Shown here in pieces: positions 46,275-55,233 of a stretch of 64,000 nucleotides of DNA. Position numbers and translations under genes: made by a program. The notes below the pieces were generated by a model. It was given only the letters and a program-made list of their open reading frames with translations. It made no database searches and was not told the origin of the DNA. The first letter of the stretch is position 1. Every line of letters begins with the position of its first letter. This DNA comes from Deltaproteobacteria bacterium. GTDB lineage: Bacteria > Myxococcota > Kuafuiibacteriia > Kuafuiibacteriales > Kuafuiibacteriaceae. Location: NCBI GenBank assembly GCA_040218735.1, contig JAVJQW010000023.1:717043-781042 (forward strand). Direction: 5' to 3'.

Positions 46275-49139
46275 GTGCGCTGCTTCGTTCTCGTCCTCGG
46301 CTTCTCGATGATATCCGCGCCCGCGTTCGCGCAGCGCGGCGTCGCCCTGCCCGTCCCCGCGGACGGGGAGTGGGACTTCCTGGCGATCACGCCCGACGAA
46401 TCGACCGTCTACATCGGTGACTACGCATCGCGCCTGCTCGCCGTAGACACCGCCGACCAGAACATCACGGTCCTCGACCTCCCCGACGATGAGTTCTTGG
46501 GCGGCGTCGCCGTCGCGCCCGACGGGCGGCTCTTCGTCACCCACGACTACGCGGTCTTCGAGATCGACCCCGCGACCGGCATGGCTTCACAGACCGCCAT
46601 CCCACCCTCCTGGTACGGCGGGCCGATGGTCTTCACGGCCGACGCCCAACGCATGTACGTCGCCGGCGGCGACGACATCTACGTGCTCGACACCGATCCC
46701 CTCGCGTTCGTCGACACCACGCCCGGCGACGGCGAGATCAACGGCCTCTACGCCCTCAACCCCACGTGGTCCGCGTGGCATCGCGCGTGGCGCCTCGAGC
46801 TGTCACCGGACGGCGACACACTCTTCTTCGTCGGCGACCCCACCGAGAACGACCTCCACGCCCTCCAGAAGATCACCGGACTCACCACCGATCTCGCCAC
46901 GCTCACGTACGAGGTCGTCGAGATTCCCAACCCCACCGGCACCACCGTCGAGCCCCGCATCCTCCTCGCGGAAGACGGCAGTTACCTCGACGACAGCTAC
47001 GGCACCCGATGGAACACCGCCGATCTCACCGTTCGAGACACCATCCAACTCAGCCAGTGGGCCTCCTTCACGCCCTCCACGATCGCCCGCTCTCCGAGTG
47101 GGTTCCTCTGGCTCCAAGGTTTTGCGACGACCACCGACGGCGGAACTCATCGCGGCGAATCACTCCTCGCGATCAACCCAGGCACCCTCGACCTGGTCGA
47201 CCTCGATGACAACACCCCGAACGGCGTCACCGGCATCCCCCTCCCCGGCCCCGGCGGTGAGTTCGATCGCGTCGGCGCCTACAACGTCCACGCGATGGTC
47301 GCGACCGACAACCAGGTCTACGTCGCCGGTGGCACCGACGTCGCGGTCTTCGTCGATCTCAACGCATCACCCGCGACCCGCGGACGCGTCGTTCCCAACC
47401 GAGGCGGCGACGGCGGCGACGTCTCCCTCTCCGTCACCGGCCAGTACGTCCCCGGAACTCAGATCCGGCTCGAGCTCGGCGCCGACACCCTCACGCCCTC
47501 CCGCACCGAGGTGCTCCCCGGCGGCGCGCTCGACGCCACCTTCGATCTGAGAGGTGTCACCCGCGGCGCCTACGACGTCGTCCTCACCCCGCCGGGCGGG
47601 ACGCCGGAGCGACTCACCGAAGCGTTCACCGTCGAAGAGACCCGTGAGAACGCGATCGTCGACGTGGTCGGCGCAGACCGCTTCCACGCGATCGACGAAG
47701 CGCTCGTCCGCGTCTTCGTGACGAACACCGGCAACGTCGATCTCACCGACCCGATCGTCTCGCTCGAAATCAGCGAAGGCACCCGCTACGCCGTCAACCT
47801 CCCCGCGCTCGTCCCCGGCGGCCCCGCCCAGAACGACGACGAGAAGACCACCGCCGAAGCCGACGTCCCCGAGCGCATCTGGCTCGCGCGCCTCCGCCCC
47901 GGGCAGAGCTACGCGTTCACCGTCGTCATCGAAGGCCCCGCGAACGGGCGCCCCCAGGACTGGGACATCTCGGTGCGCGCCACGGTCGGCTACGTCCAGA
48001 CCCCCGGCGAGGAAGACGGCGCCCTCATCGGCGAGCTGTGCACCGTCGGCGACGCGTTCGCGCAAGCGTTGATCAACGAGTCCAAGCGACGCGAGCTGGA
48101 GGTGAACCGCGCCGACGTCAAGGACACCACAGCGCGCGTCCTCCGCGACACCGCCGTCGAGTACGGCGTCTCCAAGACCAAGGAGATCGCCGCGAAGACG
48201 ATCACCGCGCTCGTCGTCGCCGGCCTGTTCCCCGCGGCGCTGCCGCTCGTCCCGGTCATCTTCGGCGCGCTCAACGACATGAAGTCCTGCTACGACTTCG
48301 CGACCAAGCTGAAGACGCTCGCCGCGCTGTTCTCGCTCGACCCGAACGACAAGGCGGGCACCACGGGGATCGACGGCTTCATCACCGGCAACGAGACGAT
48401 GCGCTACCGCATTCGCTTCGAGAACCAACCCGAGGCGACCGCCGCCGCTCGAATCGTCACCATCACGGACACCATCGATCCCAACCTCCGCCTCGACACC
48501 CTCGAAGTCACCGGGAGCAGCCACGCGACGCTCCTCGACGTCGCCGTCGACGAGACCACCCGCGTCGTCACCTTCACCTTCGATGACATCGACCTCCCCC
48601 CGAACGCGACGCCACCGGAGGGCGAAGGTTGGATCGACTACGCGATCGAGCTCGCCCCCGACCTCCCCGACGGGACGCAGATCGACAACGCCGCTTCGAT
48701 CGTCTTCGACATCAACGAGCCGATCGTCACACCGACCGTCGTCCACACCGTCGACAAGGCCGCCCCCGTCACGACCGTGGCCGAGCTCGGCCCCAGCCCG
48801 GAGACGATCACCCTGACCTGGGCCGGCGACGACGCGGGCGTCGGCGTCTGGGACTACGACGTCTTCGTCTCCAAGGACGGCGGCCCCTTCGAGCCCGTCG
48901 CGGAGCGCATCGACGCCACCCAGATCGACTACACGGGGCAGGTCGGCGCGACGTACGGCTTCTACGTGGTCGCCCGCGACTACCTCGGCAACGCGGAGCG
49001 ACGGAGTGAAGCCGCGGTGACCACGACCGTCGTGAGCAACGAGGAGGAAGAGGGCGGATGCGGGTGCAACCACACCGCCGGGGGCTCGACCGCGTGGTGG
49101 GCCCTCCTCGCCCTTGTCGTCCTGCGCCGGAGGCGGTGA
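46275..49139 (+). CDS. MYXO-CTERM surface protein (beta-propeller, Ig-like/DUF11, DPNDK domain, FN3)
   Basis: Signal AFA|Q; propeller repeats; NTGN; SLDPNDK...YRIRFEN...IDNAASIVFDINEPIVT; GGCGC..WWALLALVVLRRRR. Confidence 0.85.
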   Translation: MRCFVLVLGFSMISAPAFAQRGVALPVPADGEWDFLAITPDESTVYIGDYASRLLAVDTADQNITVLDLPDDEFLGGVAVAPDGRLFVTHDYAVFEIDPATGMASQTAIPPSWYGGPMVFTADAQRMYVAGGDDIYVLDTDPLAFVDTTPGDGEINGLYALNPTWSAWHRAWRLELSPDGDTLFFVGDPTENDLHALQKITGLTTDLATLTYEVVEIPNPTGTTVEPRILLAEDGSYLDDSYGTRWNTADLTVRDTIQLSQWASFTPSTIARSPSGFLWLQGFATTTDGGTHRGESLLAINPGTLDLVDLDDNTPNGVTGIPLPGPGGEFDRVGAYNVHAMVATDNQVYVAGGTDVAVFVDLNASPATRGRVVPNRGGDGGDVSLSVTGQYVPGTQIRLELGADTLTPSRTEVLPGGALDATFDLRGVTRGAYDVVLTPPGGTPERLTEAFTVEETRENAIVDVVGADRFHAIDEALVRVFVTNTGNVDLTDPIVSLEISEGTRYAVNLPALVPGGPAQNDDEKTTAEADVPERIWLARLRPGQSYAFTVVIEGPANGRPQDWDISVRATVGYVQTPGEEDGALIGELCTVGDAFAQALINESKRRELEVNRADVKDTTARVLRDTAVEYGVSKTKEIAAKTITALVVAGLFPAALPLVPVIFGALNDMKSCYDFATKLKTLAALFSLDPNDKAGTTGIDGFITGNETMRYRIRFENQPEATAAARIVTITDTIDPNLRLDTLEVTGSSHATLLDVAVDETTRVVTFTFDDIDLPPNATPPEGEGWIDYAIELAPDLPDGTQIDNAASIVFDINEPIVTPTVVHTVDKAAPVTTVAELGPSPETITLTWAGDDAGVGVWDYDVFVSKDGGPFEPVAERIDATQIDYTGQVGATYGFYVVARDYLGNAERRSEAAVTTTVVSNEEEEGGCGCNHTAGGSTAWWALLALVVLRRRR

Positions 49140-49187
49140 ACCGCCCGGTATTTGCCCGTCCGATCGTCCTGCGGTACTTCGCATCCG

Positions 49188-50966
49188 ATGCGACGCTCGG
49201 CCGCACTCCTGCTCCCGCTCGCGCTCGTCGGCTGCCCGAGCTCCACGACGCGCCAAGGACCTCCGCCCCCACCGCCCGCACCGAAGGCCGACCTCGTGTT
49301 GGTCGGCGGTCAGGTGGTCACGCTGGCGGACGGCGTCGAAGGGACGGCGATCGCCGCGAAGGACGGCGTCGTCCTGGACGTCGCGGACGACGCGACGATC
49401 GAAAAGTACATCGGTCCCAACACAAAGGTCGTGGGGCTGAAGGGCCGCACCGCAGTGCCCGGCCTCTCGGACGCCCACATGCACCTCGCCGGTCTCGGCG
49501 TTCGCCGCTTCGGGATCGACCTCGTCGGCACGCAGTCCTTGGAGGAAGTGAAGGCGCGCGTCGCGAAGGCGGTGGCCGACGCCAAGGAAGGGCAGTGGAT
49601 TCGGGGGCGCGGTTGGGACCAGAACGACTGGCCGTCGTTCTCGCGGCGCCGCCGCAAGTTCCCGTCGGCGCGCGACCTCGATCGAGTCGCGCCGAACCAC
49701 CCGGTGGTGCTCACGCGGATCGACGGGCACGCGATCTGGGTCAACTCCAAGGCGATGAAGATGGCCGGCATCTCGCGGCGAACGAAGACGCCGAAGGGCG
49801 GTGAGATCGTGAAGCGCCGCGGGCGCCCCGAGGGCGTGTTCATCGACAACGCGATGTCGCTCGTCCGCGAGAAGATGCCGCCGCTCACGACCGAGGAGCT
49901 CGAGCGCGCCATCCTGCTCGGCCAACGCGAGTGCCTCGTCGCCGGGCTCACGCAGGTGCAGGACATGGGCACCGACCTCGAGACGATCGAGGTCATGAAG
50001 AAACTCGACGCCGCGGGTGAGCTGAAGGTCCGCGCGTACGTCATGCACGACGGCGCCGCCGAAGATCTCGCGGGCGCGATCCAGGGCGGTCCGATCGTCG
50101 CGGAGGGGGACAGCCGGCTCACGGTGCGCGGTGTGAAGTTCTACATGGACGGTGCGCTCGGTTCGCGCGGCGCCGCGCTGCTCGAACCGTACGACGACGA
50201 CCGGCGAAACAAGGGCCTCTTGCTCCTCGAGCCCGCGGTGTTCGAAGCCCGCGTGCGCACCGTGGACGCCGCGGGGTTCCAGGTCGCGACCCACGCGATC
50301 GGAGATCGCGCGAACCAGATCGTGCTCGACGTCTACGAGCGGGTGTTCGGTGCGGAGGCAGCGACGAAACGACCGCGCGTCGAACACGCGCAGATCCTCA
50401 CGGAGGTCGACCTCGCACGCTTCGGTCGCCTCGGGGTGTTGGCGTCGATGCAGCCGACGCACGCCACGAGTGACATGGAGTGGGCGGAGCAGCGCGTGGG
50501 TTCCGAGCGCATCAAGGGCGCCTACGCGTGGCAGTCGTTGCTGACCTCGAACGCCACGGTGGCGTTCGGATCGGACGCGCCCGTCGAGGACATCTCGCCG
50601 ATCCTCGGTCTGTACGCAGCGACGACGCGCAAGGATCAGTTCGGCTTCCCCGAGGAGGGGTGGCTGCCGCCGGAGAAGGTCACGACGCGGCAGGCGCTCG
50701 AAGGCTTCACGACCGGCGCCGCCTGGGCGGCCTTCCGCGAGGACGAGGCCGGGCGGCTGAGCCCCGGGCGCGTCGCTGACATCACCGTGCTCGACAAGAA
50801 CCCGCTCACTTCGTCGGAGGATCTGCTGGTGCAGACGCAAGTCATGTTGACGATCGTCGGGGGGAAGATCGAGTACGCGCGCGGGGGCGCCGATGCACCA
50901 CCGGCCGCGCCCGAGGAAGTGAAGACGTCGACCACCGCCACGTCGACGACCGGGGTGGGCCAATGA
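49188..50966 (+). CDS. Amidohydrolase family 3 (YtcJ-like) lipoprotein
   Basis: LVGC lipobox; PGLSDAHMH, GRGWDQ, DGALGSRGA, HAIGDRA, RVEHAQ, FGSDAP. Confidence 0.92.
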   Translation: MRRSAALLLPLALVGCPSSTTRQGPPPPPPAPKADLVLVGGQVVTLADGVEGTAIAAKDGVVLDVADDATIEKYIGPNTKVVGLKGRTAVPGLSDAHMHLAGLGVRRFGIDLVGTQSLEEVKARVAKAVADAKEGQWIRGRGWDQNDWPSFSRRRRKFPSARDLDRVAPNHPVVLTRIDGHAIWVNSKAMKMAGISRRTKTPKGGEIVKRRGRPEGVFIDNAMSLVREKMPPLTTEELERAILLGQRECLVAGLTQVQDMGTDLETIEVMKKLDAAGELKVRAYVMHDGAAEDLAGAIQGGPIVAEGDSRLTVRGVKFYMDGALGSRGAALLEPYDDDRRNKGLLLLEPAVFEARVRTVDAAGFQVATHAIGDRANQIVLDVYERVFGAEAATKRPRVEHAQILTEVDLARFGRLGVLASMQPTHATSDMEWAEQRVGSERIKGAYAWQSLLTSNATVAFGSDAPVEDISPILGLYAATTRKDQFGFPEEGWLPPEKVTTRQALEGFTTGAAWAAFREDEAGRLSPGRVADITVLDKNPLTSSEDLLVQTQVMLTIVGGKIEYARGGADAPPAAPEEVKTSTTATSTTGVGQ

Positions 50967-51973
50967 TCGACCTCCGCTCCGACACCCTCACCAAACCCAC
51001 GCCCGCGATGCTCGAGGCGATGATGCGCGCCGAGGTCGGCGACGACGTCTGGAACGAGGACCCGACCGTCCAAGCGCTCGAAGCGAAGCTCGCGGCCACG
51101 CTCGGCCAGTCCCACGGGGTGTTCTGTCCGTCGGGCACGATGGCGAACCAAATCGCGATCGCCGTCCACGCCGGACCGGGCGACGAGGTCATCTGCTCCG
51201 CCGACGCGCACGTCTACAACTACGAGGGCGGCGGCATCGCCGCCAACGCCGGCGCCTCGGTGAAGCTCGTCGCCGGAGCGCGCGGGATGTTCACCGCCGC
51301 CGACGTCGAAGCCGCGATCCACGGCGACGATCCGCACTACCCGACCTCCGCGCTGGTGTGCGTAGAGGACACCGCGAACCGCGGCGGGGGGGCGATCTGG
51401 TCGACATCCGAGCTCGACGGGATCGCCAAGCTGTGCACCGCGCGTGGCCTCCCGCTCCACCTCGACGGCGCGCGTGTCTTCAACCGCCTCGTCGCGGCGG
51501 GCGACGACCCGGCCGCGTACGGCCGGCGCTTCACTTCGATCTCCGTGTGCCTGTCGAAGGGCCTCGGCGCTCCGGTCGGATCCGTGCTGCTCGGTGACGA
51601 AACGTTCTGCGCGAAGGCGCGCCGCGTCCGCAAACGCTTCGGCGGCGGGATGCGGCAAGCGGGTTACCTCGCCGCCGCCGGCGTGTTCGCGTTGGACCAC
51701 CACGTCGAGCGCCTCGCAGACGATCACCGCCGCGCGGCCTCACTCGCGGACGCGCTGCGCGCGAACGACGCCGTCGCCGAAGTCCTGCCGGTCGAGACGA
51801 ACATCGTCATCTTCCGCCCGAAGGCAAAGGTCCCGCAGGTGCTCGCCGCGCTGAAAGCGGACGGCATCCTCGCCGCGCCGATGGGCGACGGCGTCCGCTT
51901 CGTCACGCACCTCGACTTCGACGACGCGGATCTCGAAGCGACGGTCGGCGCGATTCAGCGCCTCACCGCGTAA
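50963..51973 (+). CDS. ltaE: Low-specificity L-threonine aldolase
   Basis: IDLRSDT, VGDDV..EDPT, SGTMAN, HLDGAR, CLSKGLGAPVGS, GGGMRQAG. Confidence 0.95.
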   Translation: MIDLRSDTLTKPTPAMLEAMMRAEVGDDVWNEDPTVQALEAKLAATLGQSHGVFCPSGTMANQIAIAVHAGPGDEVICSADAHVYNYEGGGIAANAGASVKLVAGARGMFTAADVEAAIHGDDPHYPTSALVCVEDTANRGGGAIWSTSELDGIAKLCTARGLPLHLDGARVFNRLVAAGDDPAAYGRRFTSISVCLSKGLGAPVGSVLLGDETFCAKARRVRKRFGGGMRQAGYLAAAGVFALDHHVERLADDHRRAASLADALRANDAVAEVLPVETNIVIFRPKAKVPQVLAALKADGILAAPMGDGVRFVTHLDFDDADLEATVGAIQRLTA

Positions 51974-51978
51974 ACGTC

Positions 51979-52650
51979 TCAGGTCCCAGGCGTCTCGCCC
52001 CACAGGAGCTTGTGCACCTGCAGGTTCAGCCTCGCGTCGAGCCCGCTCGCGAGCAACCACCCCGCGAGCTCCGTCGGGTTCATGACCCCGTACACCGGGG
52101 CGACCAGGATCTGCGCGCGCCCCGCGAGCCGGTGCCGTTCGACCTGCTCCAGCATCCAGTCGAAGTCCGCGCGATCCTGCACGACGAACTTCACCTCGTC
52201 GTTCGGGGTCAGCCGGTCGACGTTCGCCCAGTCGTTTCGGTGCGACTCACCGCTCGCCGGCGCCTTGAAGTCCACGATCCGGTGAACTTCGCGCGGGAGG
52301 ATGTCGATGTCCCGCTCGCCGCTCGTCTCGCAGAGCACTGTGTACCCCGCGTCCAACAGACGCTGCGCGAGCACGCGGACGTCCTTCTGCAGCAACGGCT
52401 CGCCGCCCGTGATCTCCACGCGGCGCGCACCGTACGAGGCGGTCTTCACGAGGATCTCGTCGACCGTCATCCACTCGCCGCCATGGAAGCTGTACTCGGT
52501 GTCGCACCAGGTGCAACGCAGGTTGCAACCCGTCAGCCGAATCATCACGCACGGCAGACCCGCGAACGACGACTCACCCTGCAGCGAGAAGAAGATCTCC
52601 GTCAGGCGGAGGCGCACGTCGCCGGGCGCGATCTGGAGGTCACTGGCCAA
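51979..52650 (-). CDS. queE: 7-carboxy-7-deazaguanine synthase (radical SAM)
   Basis: EIFFSLQGE, GCNLRCTWCDT, ITGGEPLLQ, EVKFVV, QVHK. Confidence 0.9.
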   Translation of the reverse strand: MASDLQIAPGDVRLRLTEIFFSLQGESSFAGLPCVMIRLTGCNLRCTWCDTEYSFHGGEWMTVDEILVKTASYGARRVEITGGEPLLQKDVRVLAQRLLDAGYTVLCETSGERDIDILPREVHRIVDFKAPASGESHRNDWANVDRLTPNDEVKFVVQDRADFDWMLEQVERHRLAGRAQILVAPVYGVMNPTELAGWLLASGLDARLNLQVHKLLWGETPGT

Positions 52651-52684
52651 TGCAGGCGCAGGTTCATCGGGCGACCCCGGGTCG

Positions 52685-54784
52685 TCAACCGTGGACCTCG
52701 GCGAAGATCTTCTGGTACTCCGCCGTGACCTCGTCGAGCTGCGTCTCGGTCTTGGTTTGTTTCTCGCTCAGCTCGTCGAACTGCGTCTGTAGGGAGGCCA
52801 TCTCCGCCAGCTTCGTCTCGAGCTCCTCGCGCGCCTTCACGAGCTCTGGCTCGGCCTGGATCTGGTCGAGGAGCTCCTGCTTCAGCCGCTGGTACTCCTC
52901 GGCCGTCTGCCCGTCCGCGCGCGAGATGATGACCTCGTTGATCTCGAAGTGCGTGAGGACCGGATCCGCCGACCCGTTCGCCTCCTGGATCACCAGGCTG
53001 ATGCGCTCGTTGGTCTTCTCGATCTGCTCGGCGAGGTTCATCGAGCCATCGCACAGCTCCCCGACCTGATCGTCGACGGTGCGCATCGTCTCGACGATCG
53101 CATCCCGGCGCTCTGCGATCTCGTCCGGCAACCCCTCCGTGCCACCCAACCCGCCGAGGCCCGTCGTGACCGCGACCGCGGCGTTCATGATTTCGTCGAT
53201 CGCCGCCTGAATCGACTCTTGGCACTTCGTGAGCTCCGCGAGCTCCTGACGCGCGGCCTCGATCGCCTCCAGCGTCTGCTTGCCCTGATCGTCCCCGCCC
53301 TCCGGCAAGAGAACTTGCATGTCCTCCGCGACGAGCAGCACCGGCTTGTGCACGATCTCCTTCTCCGGCGGTGGCGGCGGCTTGTCCTCCGCCTCCCTCA
53401 ACGCCTCCGCCGCCGCCTTCAGGCGCCCACGCAGCACGAAGATGAACCCGATCGCCAACAGCGCGAGCAACCCCAGTCCACCCGCCACGTAGGGCCACAC
53501 CCCCGCGACCGTGGTCACCTCGGCCGTCGCAGCGGCAGCGGCGACGGGCACCGGCGGCGGCTTCGGCGCGACGTCGAGGAGGATGCGCTTCTCCCGCTCG
53601 ATGAGCGTGCTCTGCGCACGCACGAACATCCCGACGCGCCCGACCTTCAGCGCGTCGATGGTCGCCTCGTACCCGCCATCGCGAACGCGCTTCAGCTGGA
53701 GCGTACGTTCCATGCCTTCTTCGGACGCGACGTATGCCGTCACCGACAACCCATCGTGCAGCTCGAAGCTGTTCGTGAGCTCACCCTTGCGACGCAGCTC
53801 GGCGCGCACGAGGACCGGCTCACCTTCCGTGGGCGTCTCGGGGCTCACCATCGCGATGAACTCGAGGTCACTCGCGGTGATCATCGCGACGGGCGGTGCG
53901 GCGCCCGGCGGCACGTCGACACCCCACGGACCCGCCTGTGGCTTCGTCAACGTGATGTGGTCGTAGGCGGCGCCCGACTTCCACTCGACGCCGGCCTGGT
54001 GCGAGTCCTTGGTGACGACGACGTCGTTGGGCGTCCGGATCGTGTTCTCGTCGCCCGGCGCTCCCTTGGAGAGCACTAGGGAGGTCTTATCGATGTTCGG
54101 GTCCGTGATGAACGCTCCGTCCCGCATCGGCAGCGTCTCGAGGTTGCTCGCGGACGTGAACATCTCGGCGAAGGCACCGGCGAGCGCCGCCGCGTGCGGC
54201 AGGTAGCGGAACTCACCGCGCGTCGCGCGCGCGAGGCCGCGCATGAGCGACTGATCCGCCTCGGGCGTGAACGCGATCGTGTAACTTCGAACGTTCCGCG
54301 CGGCGAGCGTCGGCGCGACCTGCTTTCGAATGCGCTCGATGGACGCGCGCTCCGCGCCGTCGGCTGCGGGACCGAGGTCGACCTTCCCGTCGGTGATCAA
54401 CACGATCGTGTCCCGCGACTGAGTCGCCGTCGGGCCGAGCATCACCAGCGCGGCGTTCAGCCCCGACTCGATGTCCGTGGTGCGACCGTCGAACTTCAAG
54501 CGACGCAGGCTCTTCCTCACCGCCTTCATCGTCCGCCGCGACTTCGCCGGCGACATCGGCACCAACACCCGCGGCCGATCGCCGAACGCAACCACCGCGA
54601 TCTGATCCGCGTCGAGGCTCAGCTCCGCGAACAGGCGCGTCGCGTCGAGGCTGAGGCGCGCCGGATCGTTCTTCTTCATGCTCCCCGACTCGTCGAGGAG
54701 GATGACGGTGCGCTTCGGCGGCGGCGCCGCGTGGACCGTCGCGCTCACCGCGAGCGCCAACGTCACGAAGACCGCGCGCCTCAC
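52685..54784 (-). CDS. Exported VWA domain + Ig-like + TM + cytoplasmic coiled-coil protein
   Basis: Signal peptide; MIDAS LLDESGSM, TDI, LITDG; TM GVWPYVAGGLGLLALLAIGFIFVL; acidic heptad-rich C-terminus. Confidence 0.85.
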   Translation of the reverse strand: MRRAVFVTLALAVSATVHAAPPPKRTVILLDESGSMKKNDPARLSLDATRLFAELSLDADQIAVVAFGDRPRVLVPMSPAKSRRTMKAVRKSLRRLKFDGRTTDIESGLNAALVMLGPTATQSRDTIVLITDGKVDLGPAADGAERASIERIRKQVAPTLAARNVRSYTIAFTPEADQSLMRGLARATRGEFRYLPHAAALAGAFAEMFTSASNLETLPMRDGAFITDPNIDKTSLVLSKGAPGDENTIRTPNDVVVTKDSHQAGVEWKSGAAYDHITLTKPQAGPWGVDVPPGAAPPVAMITASDLEFIAMVSPETPTEGEPVLVRAELRRKGELTNSFELHDGLSVTAYVASEEGMERTLQLKRVRDGGYEATIDALKVGRVGMFVRAQSTLIEREKRILLDVAPKPPPVPVAAAAATAEVTTVAGVWPYVAGGLGLLALLAIGFIFVLRGRLKAAAEALREAEDKPPPPPEKEIVHKPVLLVAEDMQVLLPEGGDDQGKQTLEAIEAARQELAELTKCQESIQAAIDEIMNAAVAVTTGLGGLGGTEGLPDEIAERRDAIVETMRTVDDQVGELCDGSMNLAEQIEKTNERISLVIQEANGSADPVLTHFEINEVIISRADGQTAEEYQRLKQELLDQIQAEPELVKAREELETKLAEMASLQTQFDELSEKQTKTETQLDEVTAEYQKIFAEVHG

Positions 54785-55164
54785 GCCGCGTCCTCCTCGC
54801 CCATCCGACCGTGCTGTCGAATGAGATCGTCGAGCTCGCTCTCTTCGAGCACCCCCTGGAGCACGAGCACCTCGCCGATGCGTGGGTTCTGGCGCTTCAG
54901 GTACTGCTCGATCTGGTCGAAGTCGTCCTCCTCCAACATCGCCATCGCCTTACAGGTCTGCGCGAAGAGGGTCCCGGTCTCGCGCTGGTGGAGACGGACG
55001 CGCTGGAGCTGCTCGGGGGTGAGGAGGCCGAGGAGCACCGCCGCCTCGCCGGCGGCGACGGTCATGTCGCGCTGGAGCTGGATCGCACGACGCATCTGAC
55101 GGTCCGTCACGATGCCGTTCTTCACCAGGAAGCGACCGAACAGGATGGGAAGAGTGGCAGCCAC
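54781..55164 (-). CDS. Small protein made of four MshEN/GspE-N-like repeats
   Basis: FGRFLVKNGIVTDRQMRRAIQLQ; AGEAAVLLGLLTPEQLQRVRLHQ; FAQTCKAMAMLEEDDFDQI; RIGEVLVLQGVLEESELDDLI. Confidence 0.75.
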   Translation of the reverse strand: MAATLPILFGRFLVKNGIVTDRQMRRAIQLQRDMTVAAGEAAVLLGLLTPEQLQRVRLHQRETGTLFAQTCKAMAMLEEDDFDQIEQYLKRQNPRIGEVLVLQGVLEESELDDLIRQHGRMGEEDAA

Positions 55165-55233
55165 GTGCTCCGGACATCGGATCGATCCGAGTCACGTTTG
55201 AGGTGGCTGCCTCGTTTCGAGGCGGTCTTCGAC

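Noticed and set aside
47367-50963. Very long antisense ORFs (1198 aa here; also 22480..25218, 27987..30515, 54811..56988, 58236..60308)
   Set aside because: Shadow frames opposite well-supported genes, expected from high GC3; Arg/Gly/Val-rich and without motifs
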